Shown piece by piece: positions 47,391 to 56,599 of a stretch of DNA of 64,000 nt. Under the pieces are notes generated by a model, which saw nothing but the letters and a program-made list of their open reading frames with translations, did no database searches and was not told the origin of the DNA. The DNA is taken from positions 106,417 to 170,416 of IMG/VR virus record IMGVR_UViG_3300033067_002502; one strand, written 5' to 3'. Within the stretch, counting starts at the first letter, position 1; each line of letters opens with the position of its first letter. The position numbers were made by a program, and so were the translations under genes. The DNA comes from a virus (Duplodnaviria > Caudoviricetes).

Positions 47391-48968
47391 ATGGCAATAA
47401 CAGAATCAGAAGCTCAGGAAAAATTAATTAATTTATTAGTCAACAACCAATCTTTTATACCTGAATTCTTATCTCAAGATTTTGGACCAGAATATTTTGA
47501 TGCTAAATACAAGCCGCTACTTTCTGCTATAGAATATTCTCATCAGAAATCTCAGCCTTTTACGGAAAATTATTTTTTAGACTTTATAAGTACTTCTGTT
47601 TCTAATGGTAATTATAAAGAATGGACTGGTAACGATGTTTCTAGTATTATAATTTCTCATACAAACGAAAAAAGAATATATCAACTTGTTGTTAACTTAG
47701 ACAAAGTAGATCCAGCTGATTTTCAGTTGATATGTCGTAAAGTTAAAGAATCTTATGTAAAAGAAAAAAGCGGCGACTTAATGAGTAAATTCCAAAAAGA
47801 GCAATCTAATGGATACTTACCAGCATTACAGAAATTCTCTGAAAATTTAAGCAATCTTATTGTAAGTTCTAATGACGGAAACGCTGCTACGTGGACAACT
47901 GTTGATGATTTTGGAGATGAATGGTATAAGAATCTTGAAAACGATATACTTAATCCAAAAAAAGTATTATCTACAGGAATAAAGCCTTTTGATGAAACTA
48001 TGCCTATGGGATTAAATATAGGATCTTTAACTTTAATTGTTGCAGATGTTGGTGGATTTAAATCTGCATCTATGATAAACATAGGTCTAAATGTTTGTAA
48101 AGAATTTAATGAAAATGTTCTTTATGTTTCTTTAGAAATGCCAAAAGATATGTTAATGAATCGTATTATTGCCAGAGAGTCTGGTGTTGATACGGAAAAG
48201 ATAAATAAGCCTAATCTTCTTTCTACTGTGGAAAAACAAAAGATTGTAGATTCAATATCATCTTTTAGGAATATTAGTCCTAAATTTGCTATAATAGATG
48301 CTCAAGAGAGAATGGCTGTATCAAAAATTAGAGCCGAACTAGAAAAAAGAAAACATTTCTTTAAGCCAAGACTTGTTATTGTTGACTATATTTCAATTCT
48401 TAGTCCAGAAACTTGGTATCAAAAACTTGCAGAACATTCCTGGTACGGACAGATGTGTAAAGATCTTCGTACTCTTGGCAGAAAAATGGGTTTTGGCGTT
48501 CTTTCTGCTGTGCAGTTGAATAGAGAGGCAATTAAGTCTCTTAGGGCTCAAAAGGACGGAAAGCAATCTGTTGGTTCTGACGCTCTTAGGGGTTCTCATG
48601 ACTTTTCAGCAGATGCTGATAATATTTTTGTTCAGTTTCCTCATCCTGATCAGCCAAAAGAAAAGCTTTATTTATTTTGCGTTAAATCAAGAAATGGTTC
48701 AACAATGTTTGGACCATTTAAAAATCAAACAAAAGCAACTCTTGATGTTTATCCAAGTATAGGTAGAATATCAGCTTGCGTTGATGCTTCTGTTTGGCCC
48801 AATTCTAGTGATTCTGAAGTTTCTGGATTTATAAAAAAGGGAGATGAAGCTGCTCCTATAAATCCAGATTTGGATTTATCTTTTGATCCAACTCCTCCAC
48901 CAGCTCCTTTGGCAAAAAAACCAAAAGTATCTCAAAAGACTAATGACGAATTGTTGGGATTTTTATGA
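47391..48968 (+). CDS. dnaB: Replicative DNA helicase, DnaB family
   Basis: STGIKPFD, LIVADVGGFKS, YVSLEMP, VIVDYIS, SAVQLNR, DAD, KSRNG. Confidence 0.88.
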   Translation: MAITESEAQEKLINLLVNNQSFIPEFLSQDFGPEYFDAKYKPLLSAIEYSHQKSQPFTENYFLDFISTSVSNGNYKEWTGNDVSSIIISHTNEKRIYQLVVNLDKVDPADFQLICRKVKESYVKEKSGDLMSKFQKEQSNGYLPALQKFSENLSNLIVSSNDGNAATWTTVDDFGDEWYKNLENDILNPKKVLSTGIKPFDETMPMGLNIGSLTLIVADVGGFKSASMINIGLNVCKEFNENVLYVSLEMPKDMLMNRIIARESGVDTEKINKPNLLSTVEKQKIVDSISSFRNISPKFAIIDAQERMAVSKIRAELEKRKHFFKPRLVIVDYISILSPETWYQKLAEHSWYGQMCKDLRTLGRKMGFGVLSAVQLNREAIKSLRAQKDGKQSVGSDALRGSHDFSADADNIFVQFPHPDQPKEKLYLFCVKSRNGSTMFGPFKNQTKATLDVYPSIGRISACVDASVWPNSSDSEVSGFIKKGDEAAPINPDLDLSFDPTPPPAPLAKKPKVSQKTNDELLGFL

Positions 48969-49600
48969 GTCTAATTTTTGACACTATAGTTAAGTCTATT
49001 AAAATTACAGACTATCTTTCATCTAAGAATATTAAGTATGATATTCATAATGGAAATAGGTATCGTTATAAATGCCCTCTGCCAGGTCATAAAAAAGATA
49101 ATACTCCATCATTCTTTGTTTATGATAAGTCAGATAGACAGGATTTTTGCTGTTTTGGATGTAAAACATCAGGCAGTATTATTCAACTAGTTTCTGCTTA
49201 TGAGCAAAAATCAATAAAGGATACAGTAAAGAAATTAGCAGATGGTTTGAATATAAATATAGATGATGTTATTGATACTTTGCTTAGAGAAATTATAAGT
49301 ACAATAAATTCAGAAGAAAAAAGCGATAAATCCGAACAGATACTTTCCACTTCTTTGTTTATAGGAGTTCATATTCATGATTTTCTTGTAAAAGTGAATT
49401 TCGACTCAGAAGAGTTAGTAATTGCTGAAAAAGTTTTTTCTTTAGTGGATAGTCTTGTTAAAATACAGAATATTGACGAATTAGAACAATTGTCGCTTTC
49501 TCTTCCGTTAAAAACTAAACAAAGATATCAAATGTATTTAGAGAGAGTAAAATCAGAAGAAATACAAAACTTAAAAAGAATAAAATTATATGCAGATTAA
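48965..49600 (+). CDS. CHC2 zinc-finger (DnaG primase zinc-binding domain) protein lacking TOPRIM
   Basis: CPLPGHKKDNTPSF...FCCFGCKTSGSIIQLV followed only by a ~110-aa helical tail. Confidence 0.8.
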   Translation: MSLIFDTIVKSIKITDYLSSKNIKYDIHNGNRYRYKCPLPGHKKDNTPSFFVYDKSDRQDFCCFGCKTSGSIIQLVSAYEQKSIKDTVKKLADGLNINIDDVIDTLLREIISTINSEEKSDKSEQILSTSLFIGVHIHDFLVKVNFDSEELVIAEKVFSLVDSLVKIQNIDELEQLSLSLPLKTKQRYQMYLERVKSEEIQNLKRIKLYAD

Positions 49601-50357
49601 ATACGAATTACATAATCTTGATTGTAAAGATTTGGTAACAGATCCTGTTTCTCTTGTTTATATGGACCCTCCATATAGTTGTTTATCTGAAGATATCTAT
49701 TATGGGGTAGGAGATACTTTGGATGAATTTGTTGAATACATGAAGGTTAGATTAACTAATATAAAAAGTATAATGGCTAAGAATTCAAATATTCTTGTTC
49801 ATATGGATTATAAAGCTATTCATTATATAAAAGTAATGATGGATGAACTTTTTGGTAGGGATAATTTTAGAAATGAGATTATATGGTGCTTTAGCAACCC
49901 TGCAAGTACTAAAAGATGGCTTCCTAGAAAGCATAATACTATTTTGTGGTACGGTATGGGCGATTATTCATTCAATCAGCCTCGTATACCATATAAGACA
50001 AAAATGAACGTTGGAGGAGATTCTGCTTGGTCTAAGGAAAAAATTCCTTGGGAACATTATGAAAAAAAGGGAAAGCTGCTTGAAGATTGGTGGATAGATA
50101 TCCCGGCTATTTGTCGTAATGAGCCAGAAAAAAACGGATATGCAACTCAAAAACCATTTCAACTTATGAAAAGAATAGTAGATACCTGGAGTAATGAGGG
50201 AGATCGTATTTTAGATCCATTTTGCGGTAGCGGTTCTTTATTAGAAGCAGGTGCTTCTATTGGAAGAATTGCTGTTGGGAGCGATAAGAATCCAGCAGCT
50301 ATAGAAATTGCAAAAACAAGATTAGAATCATTGAAGAATAATATTTTTTCGGAATAA
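49590..50357 (+). CDS. DNA N6-adenine/N4-cytosine methyltransferase (beta class)
   Basis: YMDPPY...NEIIW...YATQKP...ILDPFCGSGS. Confidence 0.9.
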   Translation: MQIKYELHNLDCKDLVTDPVSLVYMDPPYSCLSEDIYYGVGDTLDEFVEYMKVRLTNIKSIMAKNSNILVHMDYKAIHYIKVMMDELFGRDNFRNEIIWCFSNPASTKRWLPRKHNTILWYGMGDYSFNQPRIPYKTKMNVGGDSAWSKEKIPWEHYEKKGKLLEDWWIDIPAICRNEPEKNGYATQKPFQLMKRIVDTWSNEGDRILDPFCGSGSLLEAGASIGRIAVGSDKNPAAIEIAKTRLESLKNNIFSE

Positions 50358-50359
50358 AA

Positions 50360-51235
50360 ATGACAAATAATATTGAAGAAATTTTGAATACAATCATATT
50401 AGATGATGTTCTTTTAGGTCTTGCTAAAATTCCAGATGAATCTGTTCATTTAGTAGCGTCGTCACCTCCTTACAATGTTGACTTAAAAGGCTACAAGAAT
50501 AGAGATGATAATGAACTTTATAGTGTTTATTTAGAATGGCTAAAAGATATTATGATTCATTGTAAAAGGATTCTTGTTGATGGTGGTAGGTTGGTCATAA
50601 ATATAGATGCAATGACTAATAGACAAGAAGATTCTGATAAGGAATATGTTAGACCAATATATGCAGATCTTGTTAATATAGGAAGAGAAATAGGATTGAA
50701 TTTTCGTACAGAGATATGCTGGTATAAGCAAAATGGAGTAGGAAGAAAGACTGCTTGGGGTTCATATTGCTCTTGTTCTAATCCTATTATAAGAAGAAAT
50801 CATGAGTATCTTTTGGTTTGGTCAAAAGGTGATTGGAAACTTGATGGAGATCCTGAATTATCAGATATGACCGCTGAAGAATTTCAAAAATGGACATTTT
50901 CAACTTGGTTTGTTCAGCCAGAAACTAGAAATAGAAACAACCATCCAGCTCCATTTCCAGAAGAGCTAATAAAAAGAGTAATAAAGCTTTTTTCATATAG
51001 AGGAAATACAGTTCTTGATCCTTTTAGCGGAACAGGTACTACGGCTGTTGTTGCAAAGATGTTTGGAAGGAATTATATTGGTATTGATAATTCTAAATCA
51101 GATGTTGAGTATTCTGTAGATAGAATATCTTCTGTTGTTAATATATTTGACAATTACGTTCCTCGTTCTAAACGAATGGAAATAGAAAAGTCAGATAAAA
51201 ATGTCGAAGATATAGGTATGAATGAGGTTTTTTGA
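50360..51235 (+). CDS. DNA methyltransferase, beta class, probably N4-cytosine (SPPY)
   Basis: SSPPYN...HEYLLV...HPAPFPEEL...VLDPFSGTGTT. Confidence 0.9.
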   Translation: MTNNIEEILNTIILDDVLLGLAKIPDESVHLVASSPPYNVDLKGYKNRDDNELYSVYLEWLKDIMIHCKRILVDGGRLVINIDAMTNRQEDSDKEYVRPIYADLVNIGREIGLNFRTEICWYKQNGVGRKTAWGSYCSCSNPIIRRNHEYLLVWSKGDWKLDGDPELSDMTAEEFQKWTFSTWFVQPETRNRNNHPAPFPEELIKRVIKLFSYRGNTVLDPFSGTGTTAVVAKMFGRNYIGIDNSKSDVEYSVDRISSVVNIFDNYVPRSKRMEIEKSDKNVEDIGMNEVF

Positions 51236-51705
51236 TGGAATTTGAAATACAATTTTCAGATCGAACTTTACTTGAAGCAAATGGAGAATTTGCTAAAGTT
51301 TGTAAAATTATGAAAAAAGAAGCAATAGAAAGAGGCTCTATTGGTAGTAGGGAAGAATGGGTTATTCGTTCTAAAATATCTATATTAAATCCATTTGGAT
51401 TTACTATGTTTATTTGTAGTTTTTATAATACTGGGAAGGTTTACATATCTGAATACATGCCTTCTAGTAAAGATATACATAATACAGATATTAGATCTCT
51501 GACCTATTGGTGTAATGAATTTGGTTGGAAAACTCCAGAGCCAATGCCTTCTATTGTTGAATCATGGCCTGATTTTTGGAAAAAAGAGTGGGAAACTTTT
51601 ATTGTTGATTCTTCTTTTTTAGATAAAAAATTTGGTACAAGAAAAGAAATGCAATTTGAAGATAAAACAGATAGTCAAAATGAAGATAATGACGATAATG
51701 AATAA
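51232..51705 (+). CDS. Hypothetical protein (157 aa)
   Basis: Overlapping start/stop with its neighbours; Trp-rich with an acidic tail. Confidence 0.65.
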   Translation: MMEFEIQFSDRTLLEANGEFAKVCKIMKKEAIERGSIGSREEWVIRSKISILNPFGFTMFICSFYNTGKVYISEYMPSSKDIHNTDIRSLTYWCNEFGWKTPEPMPSIVESWPDFWKKEWETFIVDSSFLDKKFGTRKEMQFEDKTDSQNEDNDDNE

Positions 51706-51931
51706 TATGAGTTTCTTATGTCATTCATGCGGTTTTGAAAACAATAAAAGAGATAATGTTTATGGAACTATTTGTATAAATTGTAATAAGTATGTTCCGC
51801 CAGAAAACAAATCTCAATTAGTTAAAGAATGCGAAAATAGATTTAAGAGAAATCAGTTAATAATATTACAGTATTTGAAGAAAAAAATATTAGGAGAAAA
51901 GAATGGCAATAAAATCAAAAAAGAAGATTGA
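51698..51931 (+). CDS. Small zinc-ribbon protein
   Basis: CHSC...CINC; ATG 51698 or 51707 is more plausible than the track start at 51632. Confidence 0.5.
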   Translation: MNNMSFLCHSCGFENNKRDNVYGTICINCNKYVPPENKSQLVKECENRFKRNQLIILQYLKKKILGEKNGNKIKKED

Positions 51932-52523
51932 CTTTGAATATGAATTTGAATCACAAAATGTGTCTTATACAATATCTTTGAGATTTTATCATACAGATGA
52001 TTATGGTCCAACTATTGCAGTACTAGATGATTCTGGAGAGCCTGTTATGAATCTCCCAGTTGCTATTTTTCCAGAAGTTTCAGATTTTCTTACTGAACAA
52101 GGAATAATAGAAAGCAAAAAAACTCTTGCAATACCTAGTATTCCTGCAAGATTACAGAAACCTTTACCTTCTCTTAGTAAACCTAATACTATTCCAAAAC
52201 AAAGGCTTATTGCAACAAGGACAGTTATTAATCCTTTAAAAATAGGTAATAAAAATATTGAAAATGCAGTACCAGTTGATCTTGAAAGTGAAGAAGAAGA
52301 TCAAATAGATGCTCCAGATGATATGAAAGCAGCTTTAATCGCAGAAAAAAATAGATTAGAAGGAATACAGTCCGCTATTGAAGACTCTGTGCCAGCCCAA
52401 TCTCTTTCTTCTACTGCTAATCAAGAATCGCTTTCTGATGAAGAAATTGAGCAAATGTTAAATGATAGAAAAAAAGCATCTACTAAGCAAAAATCTACAG
52501 AAAGCTCTATTCGTAGGAAGTAA
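51903..52523 (+). CDS. Hypothetical protein (206 aa) with a disordered C-terminal half
   Basis: AGGAG SD upstream of ATG 51903. Confidence 0.7.
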   Translation: MAIKSKKKIDFEYEFESQNVSYTISLRFYHTDDYGPTIAVLDDSGEPVMNLPVAIFPEVSDFLTEQGIIESKKTLAIPSIPARLQKPLPSLSKPNTIPKQRLIATRTVINPLKIGNKNIENAVPVDLESEEEDQIDAPDDMKAALIAEKNRLEGIQSAIEDSVPAQSLSSTANQESLSDEEIEQMLNDRKKASTKQKSTESSIRRK

Positions 52524-52525
52524 TA

Positions 52526-52750
52526 ATGAGCTTATATAAGTGTAAATTAATTCCCATAGATAGACTTCTTGTTGGGCCAACGGGAGTTATTACTCCTTTA
52601 TGTAACGATTGTCAAACAAAAGATTGTTCAAATCCAATTGAGCCAGTTAGTTTTACTGTTTTTGGCAAAAAAGTCTCATGGAGAATATATAAGAAATATG
52701 CATCTGCTTCTATCGTTGTGCAGTGTGCCGGTCATAGTAGAGATGGATAA
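52526..52750 (+). CDS. Small Cys-rich hypothetical protein
   Basis: CNDC...C...C; starts 2 nt after the upstream stop. Confidence 0.6.
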   Translation: MSLYKCKLIPIDRLLVGPTGVITPLCNDCQTKDCSNPIEPVSFTVFGKKVSWRIYKKYASASIVVQCAGHSRDG

Positions 52751-52761
52751 GAGAGGTAAGT

Positions 52762-53040
52762 ATTCCTTTATATAAATATGAAATTCTAGATGAAAAAGGT
52801 AATTCTACAAATGAATTTGTAGAAATTATGCAAAAAATGAGCGAAGACCATCTAACTATAGATCCTGACACAGGAAAACCGATTCGTCGTGTTATATGCT
52901 GTCCAACAGTTAGAGATGGACGACCAGCTTGGGAAAGGTGTTCTGATGTTAGAGATCATATTCGCAGAACTAAACCTAAATGGGTTAATGATAAAGAAAA
53001 AGGCATAAAAGAAAAGTTCGATCCTAAGAAGCATGGATAA
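52762..53040 (+). CDS. FmdB-family regulatory protein (Cys-free variant) with probable ATT start
   Basis: Extending the 52828 ORF gives (M)PLYKYEILDEKG...FVEIMQKMSEDHLTIDPDTGKPIRRVI, matching the FmdB MPxYxY...FE..Q.M....L...P...RVI pattern; GAGAGG SD 5 nt before ATT. Confidence 0.7.
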   Translation: MPLYKYEILDEKGNSTNEFVEIMQKMSEDHLTIDPDTGKPIRRVICCPTVRDGRPAWERCSDVRDHIRRTKPKWVNDKEKGIKEKFDPKKHG

Positions 53041-53042
53041 TC

Positions 53043-53390
53043 ATGAGATATGTTCGCAAACAAATTACAACTCAAATAATAGCTGATGAAGTCGTTGATG
53101 ATGTCGAAGTTATCAAAGGAATACTTAAGACGTTTAATCAAGTAAAAACAGACGTATCAATTAGCTATAGAAAAAATAAAATGGATATGCTTTCTTCTCA
53201 CGAAAGAGTAAGAATTGTGTCTGTATTTGAAGATACTTTTGATATAACCGTTATAAATACAACAAGTAGTATGATAGTTAGAAAAATACCAATTTCAAAT
53301 ATTGAATATCTTGCTTCTACAATATCTCCTTCAGAGATATTTCTAAAAAAAGATTGTGTTAGCAAGGGCGATACACTAGATATGTCATAA
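53043..53390 (+). CDS. Hypothetical protein (115 aa), possibly YolD/WYL-like SH3 fold
   Basis: VSISY...VRIVSV...FDITV...IPISNIEYL beta pattern; lies directly upstream of dnaE. Fold call is weak. Confidence 0.55.
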   Translation: MRYVRKQITTQIIADEVVDDVEVIKGILKTFNQVKTDVSISYRKNKMDMLSSHERVRIVSVFEDTFDITVINTTSSMIVRKIPISNIEYLASTISPSEIFLKKDCVSKGDTLDMS

Positions 53391-53438
53391 AGCAGTGTTT
53401 TACAAGAAATATTGCCTAATTATTGACGAATAATAATA

Positions 53439-56048
53439 ATGAGTAAAACGTTATCTAATGCAGATTTTGTACATTTACATTGCCACTCGGAATATTCATC
53501 TTTTGATGGATTGAATAAAATTTCCCAATTCCCAAAAGCTGCAAAAGAAATGGGATTTAATGCACTTGCTCTAACAGATCACGGCAATATGGGCGGAGCA
53601 ATAAAATTTATGCAGGGCTGCAAAGCTGTTGATATAAAGCCTATTGTTGGTACTGAATTTTATCTTTCTAAAAACAGAAAAGTCAATTATACTGAAAAAA
53701 GAGAAGGAACTAAGATTACAAAAGGTCAAACAGATGGCCGTAAGGGTAATAGGCACCTTGTCTTAATAGCTAAAAATTGGGAAGGATGGCAAAATTTATG
53801 TACTCTTTCCCAAAGATCGTGGACAGAAGGATATTACATCGATCCAAGAATTGATATAAATCTACTTGCCGAATTTAGCGGAGGTTTGATTTGTAATTCA
53901 GCTTGTTTATCAAGCGTGATTAATGGCAACCTACTTCACGGAAGGTATAAAGAAGCACTAACTGCTGTGGGGATTTTTAAAGACATTTTTAAGGAAGATT
54001 TTCACCTTGAGGTGATGTATCATGGAATTGATGCAGAGGGAATGATAATACCTGATGTTATAAAATTAAGTAAAGAAATGAATGTTCCAATAATTGCAAC
54101 AAATGACTGCTTTGTTGCGGGGACAATGATTCGATCTCAGGGTGGCGTGATCCCAATAGAAAATATTTCAAAAAGAGATTTAGTTTTAACACATAAAAAT
54201 CGTTTTAGTCCTGTAGAATTTACAAATCAAAGAGTTGTTGATAAAACTTTCGTAGTAAAAACTGTATTAGGAACTTCCGCCTTTGAAACAACTGCAGAAC
54301 ACCCTGTATTAATTGTTCATAAAATTGGGACGAAATTTTCCGAACCAGAATGGAAATCTATTTCTTCTATAACAAATAATGATTATTTGTTACTACATAA
54401 GAATTATTCTGAAAAACAAGCATACGAATCTAGACCTGATATAGAATCAATTTATATTCCTGAAATAATTGGGGATAAATACAATTCAGATATCTTGGAA
54501 GATTCATATTATTTTACTCAGCAAGGTTTTGGAGGAAGAAAAGGACAAATTAAAATTCCTACAAATCTTGAACTTTGTGATGATTTACTGTTTATTATTG
54601 GAAGATTTATTGCTGAAGGATATTCAGACCAATCTTCTCATCAAATAGGGTTTGCGGCTAATTGCTCAGAAAAGCATATTCAAGACCGTATTGAATCTTA
54701 TTTTGCAAAATTTGGAGTTACGTCTTATAGGCCAGAAAAGGGTAAAGATTGTAAACTTGTTTTTACTTCTAAGATTTTTAAGGCTTTATTTACTTCTCTA
54801 TGCGGAATAGGTGCGGAAAATAAGCATTTACCATTAATAAATGGAAGTTATTTTACCTATTCTCGTAGACAAATGTTGAAAATCCTTGAAGGATACATTG
54901 GAGGTGATGGGCATATCGCAACAAAACCAGATAGGACTTCTGTTTTATGTGCAACAACTTCCAAACTTCTTGCATATCAAATTTCTGATGTTTTTCATGC
55001 TTTGGGTTTTATTTCATTACCAACCGTTAGGGACTTTAGTAAAGTAAAACATAAAAATCCAAAAGCAAATCCACAAAATTGGTCTCCTTTGTACGTTTTA
55101 CATATGAGTGAAATAGATATAAAACAATTTTGTAATCTGATAAATATAAAAAGAGAAATAATAGAGACAAAAAAAGTATCTCGTAGAAAATTTATTGATA
55201 TTGGTGATTACTTTGCTGTTAAAGTAAAATCCGTAATAGAAAATACAGAACAAAAAGTTGTATACAATATTCAAGTGCATGGAGATGAAAGTTATACAGC
55301 AAATTCTTATGTAGTACACAATTGTCATTATTGCAAAAAAGAGCAAGGACTTTCTCAAGAAATTCTTATGTGTATGTCTACGAGTAAGTGCCTTCATGAT
55401 CCAAAGCATTTGCATTTTCCATATCATGAATTTTATCTTAAATCTGCTGCTGAAATGGGCAAAATTTTTGGGTCTAATCCAGAGTTTTTGTTAAATACAG
55501 TTGCTGTTTCTGATAAAGTTGATTTCAAAAATATTTGGGAAAATCTAACTTCGGGAATGAGACTTCCTAGATATAAGATCCCAGAAAATTACTCATCTCC
55601 ATTAGATTATCTTACTAAATTATCATGGGAAGGTATGAAGAAATTAGGATGGGATAAAAGTCAGCCTCATATAGAAAGATTAAATATTGAGCTAGAAGAT
55701 GTTAGAGTCGCTTGGGAAAACAATAAGTATGATTTTGCAACTTATTTCCTTATTGTTAGAGATTATATACAAAAAGCAAAAGATAATAATATATTAACTG
55801 GATGCGGAAGAGGATCTGGTTATGCTAGTGTTTTATTGAGAACCATTGGCATTACATATGGTCCAGATCCTTTGAAATATGATCTTATTTGGGAAAGATT
55901 TCTTGGATTTGACTCGAAATATTTTGTTCAAGAACAGGATTTCTTTGGGGAAGCAGCAAAGGTTTCTGTTGAAGAAAAATCTACGCATGAAGAATTGTTT
56001 AAAGATAGAGATGTTGTAGATGATGCTGGTGGAGTAGATAGGTATTAA
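53439..56048 (+). CDS. dnaE: DNA polymerase III alpha, fragment 1 (PHP and first part of palm), intein-containing
   Basis: FVHLHCHSEYSSFDG, ALTDHGN, HLVLIAKN, ATND|CHY, YFLIVRDYI, GCGRGSG, DPLKYDLIWERFL, then a 47-aa non-DnaE tail. Confidence 0.92.
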   Translation: MSKTLSNADFVHLHCHSEYSSFDGLNKISQFPKAAKEMGFNALALTDHGNMGGAIKFMQGCKAVDIKPIVGTEFYLSKNRKVNYTEKREGTKITKGQTDGRKGNRHLVLIAKNWEGWQNLCTLSQRSWTEGYYIDPRIDINLLAEFSGGLICNSACLSSVINGNLLHGRYKEALTAVGIFKDIFKEDFHLEVMYHGIDAEGMIIPDVIKLSKEMNVPIIATNDCFVAGTMIRSQGGVIPIENISKRDLVLTHKNRFSPVEFTNQRVVDKTFVVKTVLGTSAFETTAEHPVLIVHKIGTKFSEPEWKSISSITNNDYLLLHKNYSEKQAYESRPDIESIYIPEIIGDKYNSDILEDSYYFTQQGFGGRKGQIKIPTNLELCDDLLFIIGRFIAEGYSDQSSHQIGFAANCSEKHIQDRIESYFAKFGVTSYRPEKGKDCKLVFTSKIFKALFTSLCGIGAENKHLPLINGSYFTYSRRQMLKILEGYIGGDGHIATKPDRTSVLCATTSKLLAYQISDVFHALGFISLPTVRDFSKVKHKNPKANPQNWSPLYVLHMSEIDIKQFCNLINIKREIIETKKVSRRKFIDIGDYFAVKVKSVIENTEQKVVYNIQVHGDESYTANSYVVHNCHYCKKEQGLSQEILMCMSTSKCLHDPKHLHFPYHEFYLKSAAEMGKIFGSNPEFLLNTVAVSDKVDFKNIWENLTSGMRLPRYKIPENYSSPLDYLTKLSWEGMKKLGWDKSQPHIERLNIELEDVRVAWENNKYDFATYFLIVRDYIQKAKDNNILTGCGRGSGYASVLLRTIGITYGPDPLKYDLIWERFLGFDSKYFVQEQDFFGEAAKVSVEEKSTHEELFKDRDVVDDAGGVDRY
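54108..55322 (+). mobile_element. Cis-intein (405 aa) with LAGLIDADG endonuclease, in the DnaE PHP TND-x-HY motif
   Basis: CFVAGTMI...TTAEHPV...VYNIQVHGDESYTANSYVVHN|C; motifs IGRFIAEG and EGYIGGDG. Confidence 0.95.
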
Positions 56049-56053
56049 TAAAT

Positions 56054-56599
56054 ATGGAAATGAAAATGGAAATAGATAAGAGTTTAAAAGGCAAAGAAGC
56101 TTCTCGTTTTCGCAAAGAAGATTTTGAATGCGATGTTCTTGCGAAGATGACGGTCTTTAGCTTATTGCATAGACTTGGTGCTAATAATTTGATTGCCGAA
56201 GCAGGTTCTGAAATTAATTTACCCTATTATCGAGATATTGAATGTGATTTGAATGGGAAGCATTTAATTATAAGTGCAGAGATTAAGACAATCTGGAAAT
56301 TTGGAAATGGATTTTTCCCTTTTGATACAATTCAGATTCTAAACAGAAAAGCAAAGGAAGCTCCTCATAATAAGAATAAATTTACAACGTTTATGATTTG
56401 TAGTGACGACTTAAAGGGTGTAGCAGTAATTAAATACGAATCATATGACAAGATTAACCCAGTGAAAATAAATACAAGTCGTGGAGAAGATTACGTTCGG
56501 CAAGTTCCTATTTCTGAAGTTACTTTTTATAGGTTGACTAATTATAGAAAAAATGAATGGGAAATTCTTAGAGATAAAACATGGCAGATACTATCGTAA
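56054..56599 (+). CDS. Putative PD-(D/E)xK nuclease (restriction-endonuclease-like)
   Basis: RDIECD...ISAEIKTIW...FPFDTIQILNRK gives a D-x14-E-x-K catalytic pattern. Confidence 0.5.
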   Translation: MEMKMEIDKSLKGKEASRFRKEDFECDVLAKMTVFSLLHRLGANNLIAEAGSEINLPYYRDIECDLNGKHLIISAEIKTIWKFGNGFFPFDTIQILNRKAKEAPHNKNKFTTFMICSDDLKGVAVIKYESYDKINPVKINTSRGEDYVRQVPISEVTFYRLTNYRKNEWEILRDKTWQILS

